From assembly GCA_030390025.1 (NCBI GenBank), contig CM059432.1:41170001-41234000 (forward strand): DNA of 64,000 nt, read 5' to 3'. The stretch comes from Squalus acanthias (taxonomy: Eukaryota). Position 1 is the stretch's first letter. The number at the start of each line of letters is the position of its first letter. The translations under genes were made by a program, and so were the position numbers. Of the stretch, positions 25,675 through 37,289 are shown in pieces. The notes under the pieces were generated by a model. It saw only the letters and a list, made by a program, of their open reading frames with translations, made no database searches and was not told the origin of the DNA.

Positions 25675-25965
25675 GTCAGCAGCCCTCCATTACCTCACCT
25701 AAATAACCTCTCCTCATGTGTGGGCTATTCGACAGGGAAGGGGAGGTGAAATCACCTTAACTGAACTTGATCCTGTCCTCTCCCAAAGTCCACACACATT
25801 CACATTTCAATAGGAGTTACTTGACAATGATCAAGAGTAGGAAAACTGACTGGATTTTTCCCATCCCTGGTCACAGGATTGCATTCCTTCTGCTGCCCTG
25901 GTCAACCAATTCAGAACAGAAGGGATTTAATGAGAACTTGTTGCACAGTATGGCTCAGTATCACC
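25675..25965 (-). mobile_element. SINE-like dispersed repeat
   Basis: Similar to 35690-35950, 39215-39290, 55118-55530 and 61840-62300 (shared gggaaaatcagccaggg..cctgatc core). Confidence 0.5.
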
Positions 25966-26618
25966 CCATATATTTGCCCACTGAATCACTGGGGAAGCAC
26001 ACTCTCCACTTTCTTTAAAATGTACTTTCATGCCCTCTTTTTAGAACCCCTGACAGCATGCATCATTTCCTGGATGATAGGCCAGGAAGGCAAGGTGTTC
26101 CCTTGTGATATTTGCAATTCGAGGCATGCAGTAGTGGCCCAAGATGATTCATCAGTCTTCCCTTCCTTTCATAATCTGGGCAAGTGTTTTCCCTACACAC
26201 TGCGTGGCAGGATCAAGAATCAATAAAATGCACTAAGGTGCAATTCTTTTCAATTTTTTATATTTCAGATTCAAACCAAGATGAACCAGGATATATACTG
26301 CTGTTATCTGCACTGTGATTGGTTGTACAGGGGATGCAGGACTCTAGTTGTTAGGGCTGGTCTGCCTGGACGGTGGCCTCAATTTTCCTCTGCACAGCAG
26401 CATTGAAACTTTCATTATTAATGGTCTTGGGGCGGACTTGCATTCGATGTGTGTCTGTGCATGTTGTTTCATGAAAGGATAGAAAAACTATGCAGGGTTT
26501 CTTTGCAAAGTCAATGGTCATTATGTGCTCCAGAGCCTGAGGTTACATTTCTGATATGAATGTATTTTCTCACCTCAAATACAGTCTGTAATCTAAATAT
26601 ATTTATGCTTTTATGCAG

Positions 26619-26888
26619 GTGCCTTTCCTCAGCAACAGCTGAAGCCATCTCAACCATTTGTAGTACCAAAACAAATTCATGCACCCCTGCCACTGGTATC
26701 ACGACAGCAGACAAGTCCAACAAACCACAAAGAACAAAACGCAGACGACTCCCTCGCTACGTACTACAGTGTCTTGTGGTGTAAAGCATCAAAGAAGAAA
26801 CACAAGAAATGGGAGGGGGATGCAATTTTGATTGTCAGAAAGACGTCTGTGGTTCTCAAGGACATAGAGGGCAAAGACATTGGAAAAG
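26619..26888 (+). CDS. RAD54B: RAD54B internal coding exon (equivalent to human exon 4)
   Basis: Bounded by ttttatgcAG and GTTAG; 270 bp, phase 1-1. Encodes ...YYSVLWCKASKKKHKKWEGDAILIVRKTSVVLKDIEGKDIGK, which resembles recalled RAD54B YFSVVWCKPSKKKHKKWEGDAVL. This frame is not in the ORF track. Confidence 0.93.
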
Positions 26889-29800
26889 GTTAGCACTGTT
26901 AAATTATTGTTCGAAGATTTTTTTTACTTATTTCATACAATGTGCATTAGGATGTCATAATTACAAAGACCTCCAAAATCATCACTTTGCACCAAATTTT
27001 AAAATTGGAAAAATCCAACCAAATAACAGCACAATTAAGAATATTGCAAATAATAAAGTGTCCAGGGTTGACCTGTGCATGAATCAGTGAGTAGGTCAAG
27101 GCCCCTATGGCAAGAGAGGCCTGGTATAATAAGGAATTGGTGATTAGGTGACAGGAATCTTAGATTTGAAAGCCTGTAGATTGTAGGGGGAAGAAAAGAC
27201 AGAGGTAAGAATCGCCACAGTTTTGGGAAAGAATGCGAGAGTAGGAGACAGTCTGATGAGTTTCACTTTTAATACAGTAAGCATACAGGGAGGAGGAAGA
27301 GTACGTAGGATGGATTGTTTGGAGTGTAGAAAGAACAAGAAAGGAAAGTTCAGACGAGCAGTCACTATTTCAATATCAATAAATATTACAAACAATATCA
27401 CTGTCTCTAAATTGTCAGACTGCTTGTCCGACATAACAAATTTATTCGTTTTTTGAGGATGTAACTAGCAGGGTAGATAAAGGGGAACCAGTGGATGTAG
27501 TATATTTAGATTTCCAAAAGGCATTCGATAAGGTTACATTACATAGGATATACAGCACAGAAACAGGCCATTCAGCCCAACCAGTCCATGCTGGTGTTTA
27601 TGCTCCACTCAAGCCGCCTCCCATATTAGCATAACCCTCTATTCCCTTCTCCCTCATATGCTTATCTAACCGCCCCTTAAATGCATCTGTACTAATCACT
27701 TCAACCTCTCCCTGTGGTAGCGAGTTCCACATTCTCACCACTCTCTGGGTAAAGAAGTTTCTTCTGAATTCCCTATTTGATTTCTTGGTGACTATCTTAT
27801 ATTGATGGCCTAATATTTGCCCTTCCCCACAAGTGGAAACACTCTCTCTGTATCTACTCTATGAAAACCTTTCATGATTTTAAAGACCTCTATTAGGTCA
27901 CCCCTCAGCCTTCTCTTTTCAAGAGAAAAGAGACCCAGCCTGTTTATCTTTTCCAGATAGGTATACCCTCGCATTTCTGGTATCATCCTTGTAAATCTTT
28001 TTGCACCCTCTCCAGTGCCTCTGTATCCTTTTTATAATATGGCGACCAGAATTGTACGCAGTACTCTAAGCGTGGTCTAACCAAGGTTCGATACAAGTTT
28101 AGCATAACTTCTCTACTTTTCAATTCAATCCCTCTAGAAATAAAACCCTCGTGCTTGGTTTGCTTTTCTTATGGCCTTGTTAACCTGTGTCGCTACTTTC
28201 AGTGATTTGTGTATTTGTACTCCGAGATCCCTTTGCTCTTTTACCCCACTTAGATTCATATTTTCCAAGTAATATGTGACCTCCCTATTTTTCTTACCAA
28301 AATGTAATACCTCACATTCATCTGTGTTGAATTTCATTTGCCAGTTATATGCCCATTCCGCAAGTTTATTAATGTCTCCTTATAATTTTTTGTAGTCCTT
28401 CTCATTATTGACTATCTCCTCTCCCCCCCGCCCCCCCCCCCCCCCAATTTGGTGTCGTCCGCACATTTAGAAATTGTGTTTTTGATTCCAAAGTCTAAAT
28501 CGTTAATATAAATTGTGAACAACAGTGGTCACAGCACTAATCCTTGTCGAACACCACTTCCCACCTTCTGCCACTCTGAATAGCTATCCTTTACCCCTAC
28601 TCTCTGCTTTCTGTCTTGAAGCCAGCCAGCTATTCATTCTGCTACTTGTCCCCTGACTCCGCATTCCCTGACCTTATTCATTAGTCTATTATGTGGTACC
28701 TTATCGAAGGCCTTTTGAAAATCTAGATAAATTACATCTACTACATTACCCTTGTCTAACTCTCTCTGTTACCTCTTCAAAAAATTCAATTAGGTTGGTT
28801 AAGCAAGACTTTCCCTTTTGAAATCCATGCTGACTATTTATTATATTTTTGGTTTCTAGATGTTCTTCCATTTTCTCCTTTAGTCGGGATTCCATTATTT
28901 TTTCTACCACCGATGTTAAGCTGACTGGTCTATAGTTCCCTGGACATGTTCAATCTCCCTTCTTAAATATAGGTATTATGTTAGCTATCCGCCAGTCCTC
29001 TGGCACTACACCTTTTTCTAATGAATTACTAAATATGTTCAGTAATGCCTCTGCTATCTCTTCCCTAGATTCTTTTAAAATGCGCGGATGTAATCCATCC
29101 GGACATGGGGTTTTATCCTCTTTGAGTTTCATTAGATTAGTTAATATATCTCCTTGTTTTATTTTAAATGCAGTTATCTCAATGCTAATCTCATCATCCG
29201 ATGCCATCTCCACCTGTTCAAATTCCCTGGTAAATACTGAAGCAAAGTAATTATTTAATATCTCTGCCATCTCTCTATCGTTGCCTGTGGTATCCTGTCC
29301 ATCCCTTAGTGGCCCTATTCCCATCCCGACCTTGCTTTTTTTATTTACATACTTGGAAAATATTTGACTATTTTGTTTTATGTTCTTTGATAATTTAATT
29401 TCATCGTTCCTCTTTGCCTTCCTAATTTTTTTTGACTTCTCTCCTAATCTCTTCGTAATCTCTCTTGCCATGCTCTCCCTTGCTGCCCCTGTACTTAATG
29501 TATGCCTCTTTCCTTACCCTCAATTTTTCCCTTATGGCTTTATGAATCCCCACGGTGTCTCATTAGTGTTTAGCTTGTTTTTGTTTTTTAGCGGAATATA
29601 TTTTTCCTGGACTCTGTTGAACACCGTTTTAAATGTTCCCATTGCTGTTCTGTATCATTGTTTGCCAATATTGTTGCCCATTTTGTATTCCCAAGTTCTA
29701 TTCTCAGCCCCTCAAAATCAGCTTTTCTCCAATCTATTACCCTGGTCTTTGTCATACTTATTTCTTTCTCAATTATTATCTTAAAGCGTATTATATTATG

Positions 29801-30570
29801 GTCACTATTGTCTGGATGTTCCTCTAATTTTACCTCTCTTATCTGCTCTGGTTCATTCCCCATTGCTAGATCTAATAGTGAATCCTCCCTTGTTGGGCTT
29901 TTTACATATTGGTTTAGAAAGGAGTCCTGTACACATTGTTGGAACTCCATTCCCTTATCCCCTTTACCTACCTCTTCTGTCTGATTAATATCGGGGTAGT
30001 TGAAATCCCCCATGATTGTTATTCTATGGTTTTTACTCATTTCCCTAATTTGTTTGCATATTTCTTCCTCCACCTCCCTTCCACTATTAGGTGGTCTGTA
30101 GACTACCCCTATTAGTGTGACTGATCCTTTATTATCTTTTATCTCTATCCACATGGATTCTATTTCTGTTTTGCTGATAGCTGCGTCACTTTTTTCTACT
30201 GCCATTATGTTATCCCTAATAAGTACAGATACTCCACCTCCCCTTTTTCCCAGTCCTGATTTTTCTGTAGCCATGTCTCAGTAATCCCGACAATGTCTGG
30301 TTCCTCGCAACGCATGATTGCATCCAGCTCCCCCATTTTATTATGGACACCGTGTGCATTGCTGTATAGACAGTTTAACTAATTTTTAATAGCAGTTCCT
30401 TTTACTTTATTTTTAACCATATTTTTACACTCCTTTTCTATAACTCTATTTATTCCCTGGCCATCAATCATCAATGTCCTCCCTTACTTTACTCGTTCCT
30501 ATGCTCTCCTTTCCTGTTTTGTCTATATTTAGGCTAGTTTCTTTTCTTGTAGATCCCTCCCCACATCTTA

Positions 30571-31516
30571 CTAGTTTAAAGTCTTTGCCACCTCCCTATT
30601 TATCCTTTCCCCAAGGACACGGGTCCCATCCCAGTTCAGGTGGAGTCCGTCCCATCGGTACAGCTCCTTCCTGTCCCAGTATGGTGCCAGTGTCCCATGA
30701 AAAGGAACCCCTCTTTCCCACAGCAGCCCTTTAGCCACGTGTTTATTCTCCTGATCTGACCGCTTCTATGCCAATTTGCACATGGCTCGGGCAATAATCC
30801 AGAGATTATTACCCTCGAGGTCCTGCTTTTTAATTTAGATCCTAACTCCTGATACTCCTTCAGCAGGACCTCCTCCCTGTTCCTACCTATGTCATTTGTT
30901 CTGACATGGACCAAAACAACTGGATTTACTCCCTCGCTTTCCAAGTTCCTCTCCAGCTGCTTCACGATATCCCTTACCCTGGCACCGGGTAGGCAACACA
31001 CCCTTCGGAATTCTCGCTCTTGGCTGCAGAGGACGCTATCTATCCCCCTAATTTTAGAATCCCCTATCACTACCACATTTCTATTCTGCTCTTCCCCCAC
31101 TTGGACAGCCTTCTGAGCCATGGTGCCTTGGTCTGAATTGTGGCTGTCCTCCCCAGTCTTTCTCCTTGTCCTCACAGGTAGCGAGTACATCGTACCTGTT
31201 GGACAGGACCAGTGTCTGCAGGACCTCCTTCTCCACCTCTCCTAAATCCCTGCTACCCGTCTACCTAGCAGTCACACCCTCCCCTTCCTGAACCTGTGCT
31301 TTCCTCTGGGGTGTGACTGTATTCTGGATAAAACTGTCCAGAAATTCCTCCCCCTCCTTTGTTTCAGAGTGTCTCTAACTCGCACTCCAGCTCAATGACT
31401 CTGAGCCAGAGTGACTGAAGGCAGACATATTTCCCGCAGATGTAGGAATCCGGGACAGTCTCGCTGTCCATAAACTCCCACATACTACAGTCCCGACACA
31501 CAGCCTGCCCTGCCAT
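30571..31516 (-). pseudogene. Frameshifted CR1 ORF1 (zinc finger plus esterase)
   Basis: Starts MAGQAVCRDCSMWE; contains VIGDS, CLPGA and RTND. Confidence 0.8.
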
Positions 31517-31736
31517 CTCTAGACTTTTTTTATTTGCTTATTTAATTAGTTAAAGTTTTAAACAAACGATTATTGATAGTTATATTAATTAATTAGTTTG
31601 TCTAGTTAATATTTAATAACATAATAGTTATAGTTCCCCAGCTCTTAGTTTAAAGAAAAAAACCCTGTAATACTCACCAACCAATCACCTACCTGCTGTC
31701 CTGTGACATCACTCCTTGTTTTTTTTCCGAAATCAC

Positions 31737-34120
31737 CGCTCAGGTCCGCTGTGTCCTGGGCCTTCTCCTCTCCCGCTCAGCTCTGCTGTGTCCTGGGCCT
31801 TCTCCTCTCCCGCTCAGGTCCACTGTGTCCTGGGCCGCCTCCTCTCCCGCTCAGGTCCGCTGTGTCCTGGGCCTTCTCTCCCGCTCAGGTCCGCTGTGTC
31901 CTGGGCCTTCTCTCCCGCTCAGGTCCGCTGTGTCCTGGGCCTTCTCCTCTCCCGCTCAGGTCTGCTGTGTCCTGGGCCTTCTCTCCCGCTCAGGCCCGCT
32001 GTGTCCTGGGCCGCCTCCTCTCCCGCTCAGGTCCGCTGTGTCCTGGGCCTTCTCTCCCGCTCAGGTCCGCTGTGTCCTAGGCCTTCTCTCCCGCTCCGGT
32101 CCGCTGTGTCCTAGGCCTTCTCTCCCGCTCAGGTCCGCTGTGTCCTGGGCCTCCTCCTCTCCCGCTCAGGTCCGCTGTGTCCTGGGCCTTCTCCTCTCCC
32201 GCTCAGGTCCGCTGTGTCCTGGGCCGTCTCCTCTCCCGCTCAGGTCCGCTGTGTCCTGGGCCTCCTCCTCTCCCGCTCAGGTCTGATGCCTTCTCCTCTC
32301 CCGCTCAGGTCCGCTGTGTCCTGGGCCTCCTCCTCTCCCGCTCAGGTCCGCTGTGTCCTGGGCCTCCTCCTCTCCCGCTCAGGTCCGCTGTGTCCTGGGC
32401 CGCCTCCTCTCCCGCTCAGGTCCGCTGTGTCCTGGGCCTCCTCCTCTCCCGCTCAGGTCCGCTGTGTCCTGGGCCGCCTCCTCTCCCGCTCAGGTCCGCT
32501 GTGTTCTGGGCCGCCTCCTCTCCCGCTCAGGTCCGCTGTGTCCTGGGCCTTCTCCTCTCCCGCTCAGGTCTGCTGTGTCCTGGGCCTTCTCTCCCGCTCA
32601 GGCCCGCTGTGTCCTGGGCCGCCTCCTCTCCCGCTCAGGTCCGCTGTGTCCTGGGCCTTCTCTCCCGCTCAGGTCCGCTGTGTCCTAGGCCTTCTCTTCC
32701 CGCTCCGGTCCGCTGTGTCCTAGGCCTTCTCTCCCGCTCAGGTCCGCTGTGTCCTGGGCCTCCTCCTCTCCCGCTCAGGTCCGCTGTGTCCTGGGCCTTC
32801 TCCTCTCCCGCTCAGGTCCGCTGTGTCCTGGGCCGTCTCCTCTCCCGCTCAGGTCCGCTGTGTCCTGGGCCTCCTCCTCTCCCGCTCAGGTCTGATGCCT
32901 TCTCCTCTCCCGCTCAGGTCCGCTGTGTCCTGGGCCTCCTCCTCTCCCGCTCAGGTCCGCTGTGTCCTGGGCCTCCTCCTCTCCCGCTCAGGTCCGCTGT
33001 GTCCTGGGCCGCCTCCTCTCCCGCTCAGGTCCGCTGTGTCCTGGGCCTCCTCCTCTCCCGCTCAGGTCCGCTGTGTCCTGGGCCGCCTCCTCTCCCGCTC
33101 AGGTCCGCTGTGTTCTGGGCCGCCTCCTCTCCCGCTCAGGTCCGCTGTGTCCTGGGCCTTCTCCTCTCCCGCTCAGGTCCGCTGTGTCCTGGACCTCCTC
33201 CTCTCCCGCTCAGGTCCGCTGTGTCCTGGGCCTTCTCTCCCGCTCAGGTCCGCTGTGTCCTGAGCCTTCTCTCCCGCTCAGGTCCGCTGTGTCCTGGGCC
33301 TTCTCCTCTCCCGCTCAGGTCTGCTGTGTCCTGGGCCTTCTCTCCCGCTCAGGCCCGCTGTGTCCTGGGCCGCCTCCTCTCCCGCTCAGGTCCGCTGTGT
33401 CCTGGGCCTTCTCTCCCGCTCAGGTCCGCTGTGTCCTAGGCCTTCTCTCCCGCTCCGGTCCGCTGTGTCCTAGGCCTTCTCTCCCGCTCAGGTCCGCTGT
33501 GTCCTGGGCAGGTCCCCGCTGTGTCCTGGGCCTCCTCCTCTCCCGCTCAGGTCCGCTGTGTCCTTGGCCGCCTCCTCTCCCGCTCAGGTCCGCTGTGTCC
33601 TGGGCCGCCTCCTCTCCCGCTCAGGTCCGCTGTGTCCTGGGCCTTCTCCTCTCCCGCTCAGGTCCGCTGTGTCCTGGCCTCCTCCTCTCCCGCTCAGGCC
33701 CGCTGTGTCCTGGGCCGCCTCCTCTCCCGCTCAGGTCCGCTGTGTCCTGGGCCTCCTCCTCTCCCGCTCAGGTCCGCTGTGTCCTGGGCCTTCTCCTCTC
33801 CCGCTCAGGTCCGCTGTGTCCTGGGCCTTCTCCTCTCCCGCTCAGGTCCGCTGTGTCCTGGGCCGCCTCCTCTCCCGCTCAGGTCCGCTGTGTCCTGGGC
33901 CTCTCCTCTCCCGCTCAGGTCCGCTGTGTCCTGGGCCTCCTCCTCTCCCGCTCAGGTCTGATGCCTTCTCCTCTCCCACTCAGGTCCGCTGTGTCCCGGG
34001 CCTTCTCCTCTCCCGCTCAGGTCCGCTGTGTCCTGGGTCGCCTCCTCTCCCGCTCAGGTCCGATGCCTTCTCGTCTCCCGCTCAGGTCCGCTGTGTCCTA
34101 GGCCTTCTCCTCTCCCGCTC
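31737..34120. repeat. Tandem array of about 34-37 bp units (CTCTCCCGCTCAGGTCCGCTGTGTCCTGGGCCTTCTC) with a 609-bp higher-order duplication
   Basis: Visible directly. Variant patterns recur at a 609-bp offset (identical translated ORFs start at 32214/32823 and 32353/32962). Confidence 0.95.
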
Positions 34121-37100
34121 TTTATGTTGTTGCCGCCACTCCTGCTCAGGTGCTACATAAAAGGTTGCTATACAAGATAAGGGCTCATGGGGTTGGGGGT
34201 AATATATTAGCATGGATAGAGGATTGGTTAACGGACAGAAAACAGAGAGTAGGGATAAACGGGTCATTTTCCGGTTGGCAGACTATAACTAGTGGGGTGC
34301 CGCAAGGATCAGTGCTTGGGCCTCAGCTATTTACAATCTATATGAATGGTTTAGATGAAGGGACCGAGTGCAATGTATCCAAGTTTGCTGACGATACAAA
34401 GCTAGGTGGGAAAATAAACTGTGAAGAGGACATAAAGAGCCCGCAAAGGTATATAGACAGGTTAAGTGAGTGGGCAATAAGGTGGCAGATGGAGCAAGTT
34501 ACTAGACTCTGGCATTGCTATTTGCCCTAGCTTCAACAACTCACTGTTACTGCCTGCCTCTGTAAATGGCACTAAATCTGTGAATAAATCTGCAGTTTAG
34601 TTTATTGTCTACGGAAGTGACGTGGGCACACAATAGAAATCCTTTGTGCAATCCAGAGACAATAAAGAAGTCTATTGTTCATCCTGGGCATGCTATCTCA
34701 GATTCCTTTGCTCACAAGGGCTCGCTTCAGTTTATAGGAAGCATGGGTTTGTCTATGAGAGTTGACTTTTGCTTTGGCATGAGAAAATGTATCTGGAGAA
34801 GCTCTAATCATAGATGGTGAGGTAACATCAAAAATAAATTAGAACTGTATCCTTTGTGTTAAGTTCCATGGAACTTATTCATCTATAAGAAATGTGCATG
34901 TGGCTAAATAATTTTCAGTGATTACTATGCTATGAGAAAATTGACTGTAAGTAAAGAAAAGTTGAGGTTCAGTTGAGCAGTGCATTTGATGTACCAACAC
35001 ACCACTCCACAAAGCATTAGCAAGTGGATTTATCTCCAGTTCCTCGTGTGATTCTGTGTAATCAGCTGGGCTTTTGGGACTTGGCAGGTGAACTGGCGTC
35101 ACCTCTCACAGGAAAGGAGTAGAAATCCTAGTAAGAATCCTGCTGCATTTACTGTTGGTCATTTTCAGCAGCAGCATTATAAGGCAATGAGGCTTTGCTG
35201 CTCTGAATGTACCAGGACCATTGCAAAGGGGTGTTTATTTGCCAGCACCTTTGGAGACCATGCTGCCCCAGGTGAACATATAAATGTTGCCTCAGAGGTG
35301 ATGGTGCCACTTTATTTTCCAGTTTCCCAAGTCTGTGCCAGCAATGTGGGGATTTCCTTCAATGGCCCATACAGGCCTCCCTAGACAATAAAAGGTGCAG
35401 TGGCCAGAAAAGAAAACAATAAAGTATGGCTTTAAAGCAACTTGTGTGTATAGTGGAGCAGTTTTCACAGTGCCAGCAGCAGTAGATTATATTACTGAGC
35501 TGCTTTTCCAACAGTTTTTTGAACCACAATTTTTCTCTGCCACTTTTCTCCCCTCAAATCTTCTCCTGAACCAATTAACTGATGCTGGAATACTATTCCA
35601 CAGCGACTGGTCACTTCCAGTATCTCACCCAAATGGCCCAAACGGTGTGAGCCTTGATGGTGAGTGCTGAAACGCAATTGGAGCAGGGGGGCGGGGGGCA
35701 GCTAGGTTGGTGAGAGGGGTCATCACAGCCAAACCTCATGTCTAGATTTACTCATTTCCAGCAGCGTTTGCTGGATAGTAACCATGAGTGGAAATCCTGG
35801 TTGATTTTTGTACCCTCTCTAATCCAGGAACACTGAGACCAGTTGTAGCATCCCCACCGAGCTCAGTTAACTCGGCACAGACCAGGGATTGAAAATGGGA
35901 CCTCCCTGGTCTGTATGGCTTAGTTACTTACTGGATAAACTTGCAGACCCATTGGGGAACGAGCATTTTTTAAAAAAATATAAGCGCAGCATCAATCTGT
36001 GGTATTATCATTCACCACCAAGCAGCCAGCTGCAGCATGGTATTGCCAAATGTATGCCATCATCTTGCTCAGGGAATGGAATGTGATGGGCAGAGAAAGA
36101 GGGGAAAACACTGCAAATGGGAAGAATCTGAGAAGGGGAATGCAGTTAATTTGTGTAGCTGTTTGTGACAAATATTTTACTATCTGAATTTCTGATCATT
36201 TCTATTAAAGGAATCACAAAATTCACATTCCTTGATTGCTTCGACAGAACTGAATATGCTCTTCGTAAAAAGTTCTACTGGTATTATAATCTAGTGTCAG
36301 AAAATAAAATTGTGTTTATCTTGATACAATAAATATGTAAACTGCTGCATTATTGAAAAGCTGCGGTGAAACATTCAAATGTTCTTGTATGGTCAGATAC
36401 CTCATTTATATTTTGAGCCCTGTGGAGATTACATTCCATTCAGGTCAAAATGACCCAGACTGAACACGATTCTCCCAGGGTTTGTACTGAGAGCTGCCCT
36501 GAGTTAGTTCATTCATCTAGTGGGATTAATGGAGATGCCCCTGACTCATGTGCTGAGTTTCGATTTTCAGCTGAAATGAACAGGAGATTTGTGTTGGGCG
36601 CCTGACTTGGCTGCTTTTCTCCAACATTGCAGCTCCAGACAAATCAAAGGTCAAGTAAGTGGCATGTCCAGTGGAGCAGAGAGGAGACAGCTACCTTTCC
36701 GGACAAAGGAACAGCCCTAGCTGTATTTCAATTTATTCCCCCACCCCTGACAAATCAGAAACTGGACTAACGTCATTTCTTTCCATCTGTAGCCATGCCA
36801 GCAATGCAGTCAAGAAACCAGCTCACTCGTCATAATTTCCAGTTGTCTGGAATGTTTTTGGTGTAGTTATGATTTTACTTCTTTGTCCCAGATAGCCAGC
36901 CAAACTTCTTGTTTAGACTTTCAATCTCTTCATTCTTTGTGGTCATAGTTTTAAAAAAAAAAAAAACTATATTCAAAAGTACATCATAGGTATCGCCACC
37001 TCCAAGAAAAAACTGTCCAAATATTCAGGTGTCAAAGGTTGCAAAAATATTTTCATTGTCCCTCTCAGCATTCCCAAGTTCCCTGCAGATTGCATATCTG

Positions 37101-37289
37101 ATCCACAGGACTCCCATTTTGAACCCCTGCTATGCACATGCACTAGTGAATGGTCAGTATTGAAAATAGATTACATTGACTGACAGGTTTTTTCCCACAT
37201 TAAAAAATCTATAATTTAAAAGTATTCTAAAATAAATTTAAATACACTGGCCCAAAATTTCCATGGCGATTCTCCCAATCTCCTGCTGT

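Larger units (their letters stand above)
27535..34146 (-). mobile_element. Full-length degenerate CR1 with a satellite 5' end, nested in another CR1 RT fragment (27433-27534 and 34147-34495, + strand)
   Basis: Frameshifted ORF2 at about 27640-30400, ORF1 at 30571-31516, (ATGTA) tail. The host reads AFDK|V-HKRLLYK across the insertion, with AGGT on both sides. Confidence 0.85.

Noticed and set aside
1..26618. Nested FSBP gene, expected in this intron from the human arrangement
   Set aside because: No FSBP-like reading frame was recognised; it may lie upstream of the window. tBLASTn would settle this.
31737..34120. CRISPR-like array (about 37-bp repeats)
   Set aside because: Head-to-tail units with no unique spacers, no cas genes, and a eukaryotic context.
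31703..34160. Long Pro/Ser/Leu-rich ORFs of up to 420 aa
   Set aside because: Translations of a 34-37 bp tandem array, open in several frames.
34875..35677. Cluster of short ORFs as a possible nested antisense gene
   Set aside because: No recognisable domain or consistent splice structure.
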